Shown one piece after another: positions 12,481 to 24,378 of a stretch of DNA of 41,628 bases; within the stretch, counting starts at the first letter, position 1; every line of letters starts with the position of its first letter. The position numbers and the translations under genes were made by a program. Source of the stretch: Chiloscyllium plagiosum (Eukaryota); NCBI RefSeq assembly GCF_004010195.1, contig NC_057719.1, forward strand, positions 44,925,097 to 44,966,724, written 5' to 3'. Below the pieces are notes generated by a model. That model did not search any database. It was not told the DNA's origin and was given only the letters and a program-made list of their open reading frames with translations.

Positions 12481-14861
12481 GAAATTATCAGTAAACATTA
12501 TTTGTAAATATATCACATTCTTTTGGGTATTCCAGTTTAGTTTGAAGCTGTAGTTGCGGTCTAAAAATGCATCAAGAATTTTAAAATTTGTTGAATTCTC
12601 AATACTTATTACTGAAGAATGTATTGGCAATTTAGCCATATTGGTAAAAAAATCCTTTGTTAATTGACCATATCATTTTAAATGGAGGCTTAATCATATA
12701 CCTACATCAGATTTTTGAAATAGCAGAATTCCATGTTAGTTATATGAGGGATACAAAAGAGACTGGTTATCCACAGGTTAAGCTTGTAATTAAAGTCAAC
12801 GTGGCACAGATTTTGTCCCATATTATTACTCGTAAGACCAGCAGGTTTATGGCATTGAAATTCCATCTGCTCCACGATGATGGGGCAAAGAAGAGCAGAA
12901 CTGGATGGTTGGTGATGCCCTTATTTCCATAAATATGTATATCAATAAAGTCTGTTTCCAAAGATCAAGATCTATCAGTTAGTCTTTCATATGCATGTTT
13001 GTGACAGTGGTTCATGTATTCACAGAATCCCATAAATGCTTAATTTTCCTATCAACAATGTATCAGAATCAAACAACAGTTTCATGACAAGGATGTGAAA
13101 GGAGTTGACATTAGCTAACACTTGTAGCAAATCCTCAGTAGAAACTAGTTATTACATTATTTAATGTGTACATTTTTTAAAGGCATGAACAATTTATATG
13201 CATCATTCCATTTAGCAGAGTTATGAGAGTTAGAAATGCACAGAGGAAGTGGATTATAAGTTAATTCACTTTGTGTTTGACACCACTTGTGCAGCTGATC
13301 ATTTGTGCAGAGGTAAAACAAACATCACTTTTGATGGTTTATCAAAACTCAATATTAATTGGCAATATGTCAGTTGATCAAAACTTCTGACACCCTAACA
13401 TTCTTTACATTCAACAATGTTAGGAGCTTTTAAGAATATTCTTTTAGAATCCATGTCTCCAGGATTATCAGGGCTGTTGCAATGGCATATTGTTTGAAAG
13501 TTGATAATGATATACTAGTTTACGTTGTTTGCTCTAATTGCCCTTATGCATGTGAATGTTGGACTTCTGTAAAATACCAGTAATCTGCCCAACAGAAACA
13601 AAGAATCTCTCTGTTAATTTGTTATTGGAAAATCAATCTACCATCTTATTAAATTGTTAAACATTTTGATTCCCTATTAACCAATCAGAAAAAGAAAATA
13701 ACAATCAACACGTTTGGTTTCGAATGAGGATTCATGTGATATAAAGGAGGCCCACCTTTGACTGGAATAATGATCTTCCATAGCTAATTAAATTTGGAAT
13801 ACATTGCTGCATCAAGATAGGCACTCAAAAAATACTGTGGTACAAGGGTCCCAGGGTACATCATCTTTAAATTTCTTAATGCTGTTTGAAACTAAACACA
13901 GAGATGGACATTTTTGGCTAAGCACTGCTTTATCTTGCAAAGATATAATTTCTTTTATGTATCCAGTCTTGATCTTTTGCTCATACTTTTTATTGGCTTC
14001 ATAGAACCTGGGCTTAACACCATCTTAATGTCCAGCAACATCTGGAACTATACTGAAACATTGCATTGGTTATTTATTCTAAAATAGGTTTTATGCATTA
14101 GATTAAAAAGGCCGTTTTTTTTCAACAGCTTGGTAAAATTGTTATCTTCCATATTCTTTAATGTAATAATTGCACAAGCAGCATAAAATCCTTTCTGTGA
14201 AAGGTGCTCCTGTCAAAATATGTAAAGAAAGATAACATTGTGCAACTTGTAATTGAATTACTTTGGTAGAATGAAGTCCAATGTGTACCTTCAAGGTACA
14301 AATGCCAAAATATAATAAAAAGTAACTTTGTTTAAACATATTACTGTTCTGTGTATTAATTTTAAGTTGTCAAGTTTGTAACTGAAATTCTGTTATGGGT
14401 TATTGGATTCTGGTCTTTGTAACCCAGGGGATTGTCACTACAGTCTCCCCACATCAGTTGATCATTACTTGCAGGAGCTTAATTATAATGTGTGGCAGCA
14501 AGATGATATGACATTTTCCTTATCTCAATTCTAGGACTAGGATATGACTAGAATGATTGATTGGCACACAGAAGTTTATAGCACAGATGGTAGTGTTTGC
14601 CTACGTCTTATTAATTGAAAGGCGCAGAAAAAAAAACCATGTATCAAACCAACTTGCTTTAATTTTAAACCCTTGGACTCTTTCAAAAACTTCAGCTTTA
14701 AAAATCTGTATTGGAATTTTCAAGTATTATCCATATCCATATACCATTTCACGTGTTGGTTAAATTTCCAGTGGTTTGCATAAGAGAATTTTTACTACAC
14801 CTTTCTTAATTTTAAAAGAAGTATGAGATGAACCTAGTGATCATATACTGTATTGCACAAA

Positions 14862-15255
14862 GGGAGGTGATAGCCTAGTGGTATTATGGCTTAACATTAA
14901 TCCAGAAACTCAGGTAATGTTCTGGTGACTTGGATTTGAATCCTGCCATGGCAAATGGTGGAATTTGATTTCAGGTTTAAAAAATCTGCAATTAAGAATC
15001 TACTGATAACTCTGAAAAAATTGCCAATTGTTGGGCAAAAGCTCATCTGATGTCACTTGACCCCTTCAGGATGGAAACCTATCATCTTCACCTGGTTTGG
15101 CCTACATGTGACACCAGACCCACAGCAATGTGATTTTCTCATTATTGCCCCCTGAAATGGCCTAATAAGCCACTTAGTTCAAGAGTAGCTAGGGATGGGG
15201 AATAAATGCTGGCCAGCCAGTGATATCCACACCCTATGAGTGAATTTAAAAAAGA
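14862..15255 (+). mobile_element. tRNA-derived SINE (second family), full length
   Basis: A-box-like tagcctagtgg, B-box-like gatttgaatcc, body, then tail agggatggggaataaatgctggccagccagtga...gaatttaaaaaa shared with the LINE end at ~6650-6730. A second copy lies at 21268-21620 (-). Confidence 0.75.
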
Positions 15256-15741
15256 ATTAATCAGTCCATGTTTACTGACCAGTCAAGGAACTTAAAAATA
15301 CAGAGATCTGTATATATTCTCTGTGAATTTTCTCATTTAGAATGTGAAATCAGTGACCCATCAATAAGAATCAGCAAGCGGGCCACCATTAAGATAGCAG
15401 TTTTTTTAAATTCTCAGTGCAGCCAATGGCATCTGCACAGTTAATGTGTTTTAAAGAGCTTTTTCATTGTAGCATTTTCTGAACATTCAGCCTCTTTCTA
15501 AAACACATTGAACAGGCAAAGGTTGCAAATTTAGCAGCTAAAGGCTTTGCTAATATTAAACATGATAGAAAACAGTCCCAAAATTCTAGGGTTTTAGTAA
15601 TGGCTGTGGAGAGAAACTGCTTCTTCTGAAAAATGCATCTGAAACCAGTGGTCATAAATTTAAAATAATTGGCAACAAAACAGGGTAATGAAAAGAGATG
15701 GCAGAGGCACTTTCAAAAGTCAATTAGGTATGTCTCATAAG

Positions 15742-15946
15742 AGGAGAAAGTGAGGACTGCAGATGCTGGAGATCGGAGGTGAAAAATGTGTTGCTGGAAA
15801 AGCGCAGCAGGTCAGGCAGCATCCTAGGAGCAGGAGAATCGACGTTTTGGGCATAAGCCTGAAGAAGGGCTTATGCCCGAAACGTCGATTCTCCTGCTCC
15901 TTGGATGCTGCCTGATCTGCGCTTTTCCAGCAACACATTTTTCAGC
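15742..15946. mobile_element. Palindromic PLE mini-insertion (minus pLTR + plus pLTR) with intact hammerhead core and imperfect 16-bp TSD
   Basis: Arms 15780-15858 and 15868-15944 are inverted repeats. Flanks atgtctcataagagga (15730-15745) and atgtaccataagagga (15947-15962). Confidence 0.85.
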
Positions 15947-16739
15947 ATGTACCATAAGAGGACTAACTTGGAAAGTTTCTGGGAGAATGTTGGGTGTGGC
16001 ACTAAACTCGAGAACATTTTCAGAGTGCTGAAGGTTGCAGCAGCCTCTTACTAGAAGAAGAACAAAGCATATTAGTTCAAGTTATGTCTGAAACTAAAGA
16101 AAAGCAGCCTAAATGGAAAATATTAACAAAATGTATTTCTTGGAATTCCAAGGCTCAAAAGTTAAAACTATGTTCTTGTAAAATCTACCATAATCAAGCA
16201 AGCTGTGCAGTTGCTGGGAAATAATTGCTATATCCACATATTATGAATTAACATGTCAGTCATTTTATGCCTAGATGATTTGAAAAGCTCCCTGTCTTTC
16301 CCAAAAACTAACATTGATGCTAACCTTAAAGAACAGCCCTTCCTGGACCATTGCATGAATATTGGAGTCTTTTGAAATTGACAAAAAATAGCTAGTATAG
16401 TACTATGGGTTTCATTTATCTGTGGACCCACAGTACACGACAAATGGAATAACATTATCTAAACATATCACATGTAGGATCTTTACAAAATAGTATTCTA
16501 AATCATAATCCATTCAATTAACTTTACCTGATTTGTTTGTTTTCATATTTTAGAATTGATGGATGCCACACTAAAAGAAGCAGAAATTTAAAATGTTGCA
16601 TTTGTCCTGCAGCAATCCACTGTATTAGTTACATTTAAGTATCATATATAATAAAGCAGAAGGTACTTTCTGTACAGGAGGAACTGTGATGCCCTGTCTC
16701 AGGATAAGAGTCTCTAGATACTGCATGTAATCAACACAG

Positions 16740-16900
16740 GGTGTGATAAAGCACATCATATGGCTGCTGAAACACAGCTTTCACTGCCTGGACCACTCTG
16801 GAGGTATAATGCAGCTGTCACAGAGCACATCACCTTAACCTCACCATGATGACAGCATTGCCGTCACCATATGGTGAGGAGGAAGAGAAGGCAAGTAGGT
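16740..16900 (+). mobile_element. Harbinger (HARBI1-like) DDE transposase C-terminal relic
   Basis: From 16743 reads VIKHIIWLLKHSFHCLDHSGGIMQLS, cf. the Harbinger motif VIEQTIGLLKxRFRCLDRSGGALQYS. Confidence 0.7.
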
Positions 16901-17624
16901 GATAATCGCTAAGATAGTGGCTGCGGTTGCCTTATCCAATAAGTGAAACCAATAAATGCAGCCTCAAGATGTCATTCATTAGCTGTTCCACATCTTCCCC
17001 ATCAGCCCCCAACCATCACAATCTGCTTGAGCACAATACTAAAATAAAAGCCATCGCAAAATAAATGTTCCAAACGAAATGTATAAATCAAACCATATCA
17101 TCCATTATGTACCATATCATACTGGACAGCAATTCAGTCAGTCTCGTTCCCCTGCTCTATCCCTGTAAAATGTATTTATCCATCCAGTTTCATTCATTGT
17201 CTCTGCTTCCATCCTTCTCGTCAGCAGGCAGTTTCAGGTCCGTTTCACTCACTGCAAAAAAAAATCTTCCTTAGGTCTCCCCTGCATCTATTGCATAAAA
17301 TGTACTGTTAACTAATGGGAAATCATTATGTTAAGTTGTGATGAAGTAGGGTGGGTAGAAGGTTGTGTGGAACATGGACAGCACAGACCAGTTGGCCTCA
17401 CTGCACTCTCCCGAGCAAAACAAATGGCTGCATAGATTTGGGCTTTCACTCAAGACAATGGGAACTCTAATTCCTAGAACACCCACCATGCGTTTGTTTG
17501 TGAACATGTTGAGCCGTATGTGAGGCAGTCTCTTTAAAGAGGGACAGTGCTATCTGAGTTCAGGGTCCCACCAAGGCATAGGCCTCAGTCACTTGCATCC
17601 TCCTCTCCCAGGCCCTGTGAAGAA

Positions 17625-18410
17625 GCCTTGCTGAGTTGCTGTAGTGCACCTTGTAGATGATACCAACAACTGCTCCTGAGTGCCAATCAAGGGACTGAAT
17701 GTTGAAGTTGTTGGATGTGATGTCAATCAAGCAAGCTGCTTTGTCATGGATGTTGTTGAGCTGTTTAAGAACTGCACATATTCCAGCCAAATGAAGATTA
17801 TTCATTCTCACTCCTGACTTGTATGTCGTGAGTGGTGGATGGGCGTCTGAGAGTCAGCTACAGTATTAGTAGAGCTGGTCCAGTTTATTATCTGGTCAAA
17901 GGTAATCCCCAGAATGTTGACAGTGGATTTCAGGAATGGTGATGCCATAGAGTGTTAAAAGGAAATGTTTAGATGCCAACTTGTTAGGGATAGTCATTGT
18001 CTGACCCTTGTGTGCTGTGACTGTTCCTTACCATTCATCAGGTCAAGAATGTCTGTTGTCCAGGTCTTGCTGTATTTGGACATGGACTGCTTCAGGATCT
18101 GAGGAATTACAAACAGTGATAAACATTGTGCAGTTATCAGTGTACATCTGCATTTCTGATCTTGTGGTGGAGGGAAGGCTATTGATAAAGCAGCTGAAGA
18201 TGGTTGGGCCTCAAACCTGCAGAGATGTCCTGGGACTGACATGATTAACCTTAAACAACCACAATCACCTTTCTTTTTGCTCGGTATGAGTCCAACCACT
18301 GAAGGTATTTTTCTCCTTATCCTCTTTGACTCCAGTTTTGCTAGGGCATCTCGATGTCGTGTTTGTTCAAATGTGGCTTGATATCAAGGCCAGTCGTTCT
18401 CACCCCAAGA
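17625..18410 (-). mobile_element. Decayed CR1-group/L2-like LINE RT fragment
   Basis: Collinear with 6900-7600 (caggtcttgctg, cagctgaagatggttgggcct, caaccacaatcacctttcttt); minus frame KQLNNIHDKAACLID. Confidence 0.75.
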
Positions 18411-18807
18411 TTTTAGAGGCGGTAGATATATATTTCTGTTTTACCAGTGTTAGTATACGAGTACCATACCAGCTCATGACTTTAAAACTAATAGCCAAGA
18501 AGCCATGTTCTAATACACCAACTGAGTTAGAAGAACAGTTTTGTAAACGCATTCAGTTAGTTATTATTCTTGTCTCGCAACAATTTTCCATCAGAGGTTC
18601 AATGCACTGGATCCTTTGGCCCAATGAAAAATGATTGAGGAGTTTAATTTTAAAAGTGTCATTGTAGTTTACATTGTATCGTTGTTAACTTTGCTTATGC
18701 TCTGTGAGTTTGCAACTTGCATAATGCAAGTTTAGAATCTGTAATAAGAAGGTTGCACTAAATGCACATGAATAATTACTCAGATAAATTCAAATAGCTC
18801 GAATATT

Positions 18808-19128
18808 GAATAGTCTAAAAGTGTGTTTTTGGGAAAGCACAGCCAGTCCAAGGAGCAGGAGAATTGACATTTTGAGCATGAGCCCTTCATCAGGAATTCA
18901 ATACTCATTTTAAAAATGCTTACTTGGATTGTAGCCTGAATGCAGTGCTCAGGAATGCATACCTTCCTGACGAAGGGCTTATGCCCGAAACGTCTACGAT
19001 CCCTGATGAGGTTTATGCCAGAAACATCAATTCTCCAGCTCCTCGGATGCTGCCTGACCTGCTATGCTTTCCCTGCATCACATTTTTTGACTCAGATCTC
19101 CAGAATCTGCCATCCTCACTTTCTCCTG
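18808..19128. mobile_element. Outward-facing PLE pLTR pair with tandem hammerhead motifs
   Basis: Minus arm 18808-18897, ~65-bp spacer, plus arm 18965-19128 with CTGACGA-aGGGCttatGCCC-GAAAcgtc (18967-18994) and a degenerate second copy CTGATGAggtttatgccaGAAAcatc (19003-19028). Confidence 0.8.
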
Positions 19129-20575
19129 GAATCTAGGTTACTATCAGACTTGAGTGAAATGACTCCAGATGACCATTGTAGGCAGAATTATAGAGTCCCA
19201 ACAACAAAATATACATAGCAGCTTCTAAACAGAAAGAGCCAATAGTCACAGAAACACCTTCTCTGGTTTATTTAAGCTAATCAGAAATGAAGGAAATTTG
19301 TTTAGAACAGGTACAAACAGGAACTGGCTTTAGCCTTAGAGGAGTGGCTCATATTTCCTGGGTACTGCCTTCAGGCTACTATCCAAGTAAACATTTTGAA
19401 GATGAGTGTCAAATTTCCATCTATACTATGTAACAAATCAAATGCTTTCAGAAAGAACATTTTCAGCAGTTTTGTGTTATTGGCATTTATGCCGTTAGTC
19501 CTATTGAAACCATCCACGCTTCATGCAACACTTAGAGAAAGGGAAGAAACCAGTCTCAGTTCAAATGGTAAGTGGGAATCATTTATGATTTTCGGACTGA
19601 ATTCTTTTGTTGTTTGGAAGATGCTTAAAATATATTCTCTTTGAAGAAAATGTAACAACCAGTAACCTGATTTCAAAAAAAAATCACAAAAGCCTTTCAT
19701 TAACATGTCTGGGGCAAGTGGATTGCATCTGTAAGAATAATTAAGTGCATCCTTCTCTAATCTGTAAACTGAAAAGGGAAGTAGTCTACAGACTATTGTG
19801 AACAGGAGGAAAGAATTGGCAGTCATACCTTTCCCTCAAAATAAACAGACGTGCAAGGCATCTTCAGATCCAGTGGGAGCTATAATTCTAGTATGGGTCC
19901 TTCTGAGATTTGTCATTGCTGAGCTGCTGAACATTCTACTTAGGGGTCTCTTAAGAGTTAATGGGGAGGGCTTTTGTGCTGTGATGATAAAGTCCCTACC
20001 TCTGACCCAGAAGCCTGGGTTCAGGTCTCTCTTTATAATAACATCTTTGAATAGGTTGATTAGAAAATATCTTAAGTTAATGGGTTGAATTCACATGATG
20101 ATCCTGGAATTCTCGACACACTTTCTTAATGCTGAGGCTGGGTGAAAGATTCAAGAATGACATTGTAATCCATGCACTTCATAAGAGGTTTCAGACTTAA
20201 TATCATTAAAATGTAGAAGTATAGCACATATTGAAAGGAAAATGTAATTGTGCACTGATTTTATTCTGGTGCTTTGAAAATGCAACAACTTGTCTAAAGA
20301 AACAGGAGGTGGTTCTTTGATAACAAAGGAGAATTTTGTACTTGTTAAACATTTTAGCCTGATGCTGAGTGATGTGATCAGCTACTTAGCAGCTACCCAG
20401 AATTTGAATTGCAAGATAATAGTAAAATGATTAAATATTCTTTCTTAATATGGTAAGATTGAAATTTAAATATATTGCTGCTTCCTTCATGCGAGAATTG
20501 CTAATTTATTACGAATTGCTAAAAATATGTTGTCAAAGCTTTTCATCTTGCAATTATCGTGGCAGATGCTCATAT

Positions 20576-21152
20576 ACTGGGAACTGAGGTCATGTTGTGG
20601 CAATACAGGCCACTTTTGGAATATTGCTTTCAATTCTGGTTTACCTGCTATAGGAAAGATGTTGTGAAACTTGAGCGGTTTGGAAAAGATCTACAAGGAT
20701 GTTGCCAGGGTTGGAAGGTTTGAGCTCGAGGTACAGGTTGAATAGGCTGGGGCTGTTTTCCCTGGAGTTGGAGGCTGAGGGTTGACCTTATAGAAGTTTC
20801 TAAAATCACGAGGGGCATAGATAGGGTGAAAAGTGAAGGTATCTTCCCCAGGGTAGCAGAATTCAAAACTAGAGGGCATAGGTTTAAGGTGAGAGATGAA
20901 AAATCCAAGAAGGACCTAAGAGGCAACTTTTTTCATGCAGAGGGTGGTGCATATAGAATAAACTGTCAGAGGAAGTGGTGGAGGCTGCTGCATTTAAAAG
21001 GCATCTAGATGGGTATATGAATAGGAAGGGTTTGGAGGGATATGGTCCAAATGCTGGCAAATGGGTCTAGATTAATTCAGGATATCTCGTTGATGTGAAT
21101 GAGTTGGACCAAAGGGTCTGTTGCTGTACAGCTCTATTACTCTATGACTCTA
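20576..21152 (+). mobile_element. CR1 (HER1-like) LINE 3' fragment
   Basis: Reverse-complement homologue of 32170-32760; ends in the tail ctctattactctatgactctat. Confidence 0.9.
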
Positions 21153-21267
21153 TATTAATTATAAAAGGAGCAACAATTTATATTTCATGAAAAAAGGGGT
21201 ACTGATTGATTGGCAACTGAACCCTGATTAAGATATGCCATGGAGAAAGCTCCAGAAAACAGTTTTT

Positions 21268-21620
21268 ACTCTTTCACAGGGTATGACTGCCTCACTGCAG
21301 GACCAACATTTATTGTCCATCCTTATTACTATTGAACTAAGTGGCTTGCTGGACTAATTCAGAGTCAACCACGTTTTTGTGGGTTTAGAGGCACATGTGG
21401 GCCAATCCAGTTAAGAATGACAGATTCTTGTCCCTAAAAGCCATCAATGAAACAGATGGATTTTTACAACAGTTGATGAGAGTTTCATGGGCACTATTAT
21501 TGAGACAGGCTCTCAATTTAAAACTTCAACTCGATTTAAATTCCACCCACTGTAGCAGGATTTCAACCTCTCTATGGAAGTTACTAGTCTACTGACTTTA
21601 TCACTATGTCATCATCTCCT
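21268..21620 (-). mobile_element. tRNA-derived SINE (same family as 14862-15255)
   Basis: catttattgtccatcctt...gaactaagtggctt...cacatgtgggcca...cagatggatttttacaaca...aaattccaccc mirror the 14862-15255 copy. Confidence 0.7.
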
Positions 21621-21776
21621 CAAGCTTTTCTTTATGTTAAATAAAAGGTAGGTTAACTCTGATTGATTGAAGTGTTGCCATGGGTTGCAGTTTTCCCCAA
21701 GTTGTTCTTTTAAAAAAAGTACAAGGCCTGGACAGGTTATCTATGTTTACAAACAACAGGGCTTTGAATATGGATA

Positions 21777-22334
21777 TGGAGGGTCGGTGTGGACTGGTTG
21801 GGCCGAAAGGCCTGTTTCCACACTGTAGGGAATCTAATCTAATGTAAATTAATTGGGGATGGGGGAGAGGAGTACGGGTGTTGGGAGAGGGGAAATATAG
21901 GTTTACAAAGTAAGAGTATATAGCAAAATTAAAAGGCAGTTATTTGGATAACGATACCCAGAGTGGTATAGGAAGGGACATAACATACAAACATGGAAAA
22001 ATAGCTGTAAATAGGGTCAAAAAGCAGAAAAATATTTTTTTATGAAAGGCAGAATTAATGGTTCTTTACTTGAATGTACACAGTATTCAGAACAAAATAG
22101 ATGAATTAACTGCACAAATTCAGGTTAATGGATATGATTTCATAACCATGACAGAGACATGGTTACAAAGAGATCAAAGCTGGGAACTAAATATTCAGGA
22201 GTATATGACTTTTCAAAAGACATGCAGGAAAAAGAGGGTGGTAGGTTAGCAGTGTTGGTATGTATGGGATGGAATAAGTACAACAGCAAGAATGATCTTG
22301 AATCATATGTTATAGAATCCATACGGGCGGATGT
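21777..22334 (+). repeat. Left arm of a ~557-bp inverted duplication (V-SINE tail + CR1 ORF1/ORF2 junction and endonuclease start)
   Basis: Near-identical reverse complement of 24378-24934. Both arms encode the identical MVLYLNVHSIQNKIDELTAQIQVNGYDFITMTETWLQ (CR1 APE endonuclease). Confidence 0.95.
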
Positions 22335-23145
22335 AATAAATCAAAAGGGAAAGAAGTCACTGGTAGGAATTCTCTATAGCCCCCAACCGTTGCTGTACAG
22401 TGGAACAGAGAATAAATCAGGAAATAACGATCGCATGTAAAAAGGTAGAACAATACTCATGAATGACTTTAATCTTTAATCAGAAAGAGAATGAAAGGTT
22501 GTGGGGAAAAGACAGGAAAGTGAAATTGAGGATTATCAGATTAGCCATAATCTCATTGAATGGCAGAAGAGATTGAATGGGCAGAATGGTCTACTCCTGC
22601 TCCTATGTTTTACAGACTTATGAACTTTGATATGACCACATTTGGAATAGTGTGTGCAGTTTTGGTCTCCATATGCAAGGAAAGATCTACTTCTATTGGA
22701 GGCAGTACAGTGAAGAGTCAACATATTGGTTCCTGCAATAAGTGGATTGTCTCTATGTTCTCTAGAGTTTAGAAGAATGAAAGATGACCCCAATGAATCT
22801 TACAATATTTTGAAAGGATTTGATAAGATAGAGACTGAGAGTTTGTCTCCCCGAGCTGAAGAATCTGAAGCTTGGGTCACGACAACAGTCTTAGGATAAG
22901 AGGATCCATCATTTAAGAAAAAAACAGTAAGAAAATGTTTCAATCAAAAGATTGTGAATCTTTGAAATTATTAACTCAGAGAGTTGAACCATCACTAGAT
23001 ATATTTAAAGCTGGGATAGGCAGATATTCAGTCTATCAGGAAATCGTGGGATATAGGGAGATGACAACAACATTGAGCTGAGTTCAAAGAGCAGCCACAG
23101 TCATATTGGATGGCAGTACAAGGTGTATGGTCTAGTCCTGCTCTC
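21844..23145 (+). mobile_element. Old CR1 LINE relic (endonuclease start, internally deleted RT, 3' end)
   Basis: APE motifs YLNxxSI..K..EL and TETWL, later aatgactttaat (cf. GDFN); RT-end sequence gaccacatttggaatagtgtgtgcagttttggtctcc; tail tcctgctc at ~23140. Confidence 0.8.
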
Positions 23146-23259
23146 ATCTCTTGTGTACTTTTAATGTGTGCTCAATTGCAAAAATCAAATGCTTTTTCCA
23201 TAAAATTGGTGGCTTCTTAAAGACCACTGTGTGATAATATTTGAAGACAATCCATCCTA

Positions 23260-24257
23260 CAGCTTTGTAAACAGAACTTGTACGCATTTGCTCACTGAAT
23301 GAGCTTGGTGCCAAAACATGAAGCATAAGTGATCCTGTGGGATAATACCTACCCAACCGGATATACGGAATGGTCATCATCTATCATGAAAGCTCATAGT
23401 TGGGCCTAAGGCCGTCACTTTCAGTCCTGCAAAGTGCCAAGTATACCTTCGATTAACCTGAAAGATAAGGTGTCTCAAGATATATCAAGAAGCAGTGATG
23501 CTAGAGGTTATACAGTTGTTTTTTAATTTCAAAATATAATTTATTCATAATATAAGTTTATGTAAATACATGCTCACTAAAGCAGTTTGTTTCTTCATAT
23601 GCTAATGTGAAAAACCAAACAAATATCGGAGTTTGACTCCATTCAGCAAATAAACCAAAGGGATCTCTTACTTGTATAGAACTATATTTATATACATTTG
23701 AGGTTCTGGACAGATGCCCCATTTAATTTCAGCAGAAAGACCTTAGATAGTGATGTTTCTCCACTGTGCCTTGGCAGCAGCTGTGCCAAGCTTTAGTGAA
23801 TCTCTCAGCACGTAGTCTAAAACCTTGAAACATGCCAGTCTGGAACATTCTGTCGAGGTCAACTCCTTGCTCTGGAAAACCAACAGGTTCCAGCGACAGC
23901 AAATGCTGCTGCTGCTATGCAGTTGCAATAAGTGATGTTCCACAACAGGATACTGCCAGCAAGCCAAAACAACATTCTTTCTACCACACAAATGAGTAAT
24001 TGCCAGCAATTAAGCCATACCTCCCAAAGACTGGGAAATGATTTCAAGCATTGTATCCTTTCAGCTGTTTCCAAACGTGAGAGTACTTACTGAATTCAAC
24101 CAATTAATGCGCTCACAACACAGAACATATTCTTAATGGTAAGCATAAGAATATGAACAGATATCACAGAATAATCCCAAGTGTGTCAATTACACTGACC
24201 ATCAATTTAAGATTATCAGTTGGGCTTGCAATGTAGCTCATTATATTTGCTAAAAGC
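23260..24257 (+). mobile_element. Old PLE, RT-thumb/linker/GIY-YIG region, interrupted by a Tx1/L1 fragment and cut by the inversion breakpoint at 24257
   Basis: Decayed translations LVNR...ILWDNTYP...GPKAVTFSPAKCQVYLRLT*KDKVSQ; CCYAVA...RILPASQNNILSTTQMSN...HTSQRL; NNPKCVNYTDHQFKIISWACNVAH.YLLKA. Confidence 0.7.
23518..23895 (-). mobile_element. Tx1/L1-clade LINE 3' end
   Basis: ORF end RWNLLVFQSKELTSTECSRLACFKVLDYVLRDSLKLGTAAAKAQWRNITI*, followed by a 3'UTR with AATAAA and an A-rich tail on the minus strand. Confidence 0.7.
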
Positions 24258-24343
24258 AAGAATGATCTTGAATCATATGTTATAGAATCCATACGGGCAG
24301 ATGTAATAAATCAAAAGGGAAAGAAGTTACTGGTAGGAATTCT
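24255..24343 (+). repeat. 89-bp direct copy of 22285-22373 (templated insert 1)
   Basis: agcaagaatgatcttgaatcatatgttatagaatccatacgggc(a/g)gatgtaataaatcaaaagggaaagaagt(t/c)actggtaggaattct; 2 mismatches. Confidence 0.95.
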
Positions 24344-24378
24344 GTGATATCTGTTCATAATCATATGCTTACCATTAA
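24339..24378 (-). repeat. 40-bp inverted copy of 24133-24172 (templated insert 2)
   Basis: attctgtgatatctgttcataatcatatgcttaccattaa versus the reverse complement of ttaatggtaagcataagaatatgaacagatatcacagaat; 2 mismatches. Confidence 0.92.

Larger units (their letters stand above)
20525..21777 (-). mobile_element. 3' part of an old PLE (GIY-YIG C-terminus, 3'UTR and pLTR), interrupted by a CR1 (20576-21152) and a SINE (21268-21620)
   Basis: Reverse complement of 21715-21777 reads (Y)IHIQSPVVCKHR*PVQALYF, the end of a PLE GIY-YIG ORF. 20525-20560 contains a degenerate ...tgcaagatGAAAagctttgac pLTR motif. Confidence 0.6.

Noticed and set aside
13620..13750. CCAAT (13681) plus TATAAAG (13740) as a promoter
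   Set aside because: Imperfect TATA in AT-rich DNA, with no CpG island, ORF or recognisable first exon downstream.
15742..15946. MITE or DNA transposon with terminal inverted repeats
   Set aside because: The arms are unequal-length pieces of the PLE pLTR found elsewhere joined to GIY-YIG/RT sequence, and the TSD is long and imperfect.
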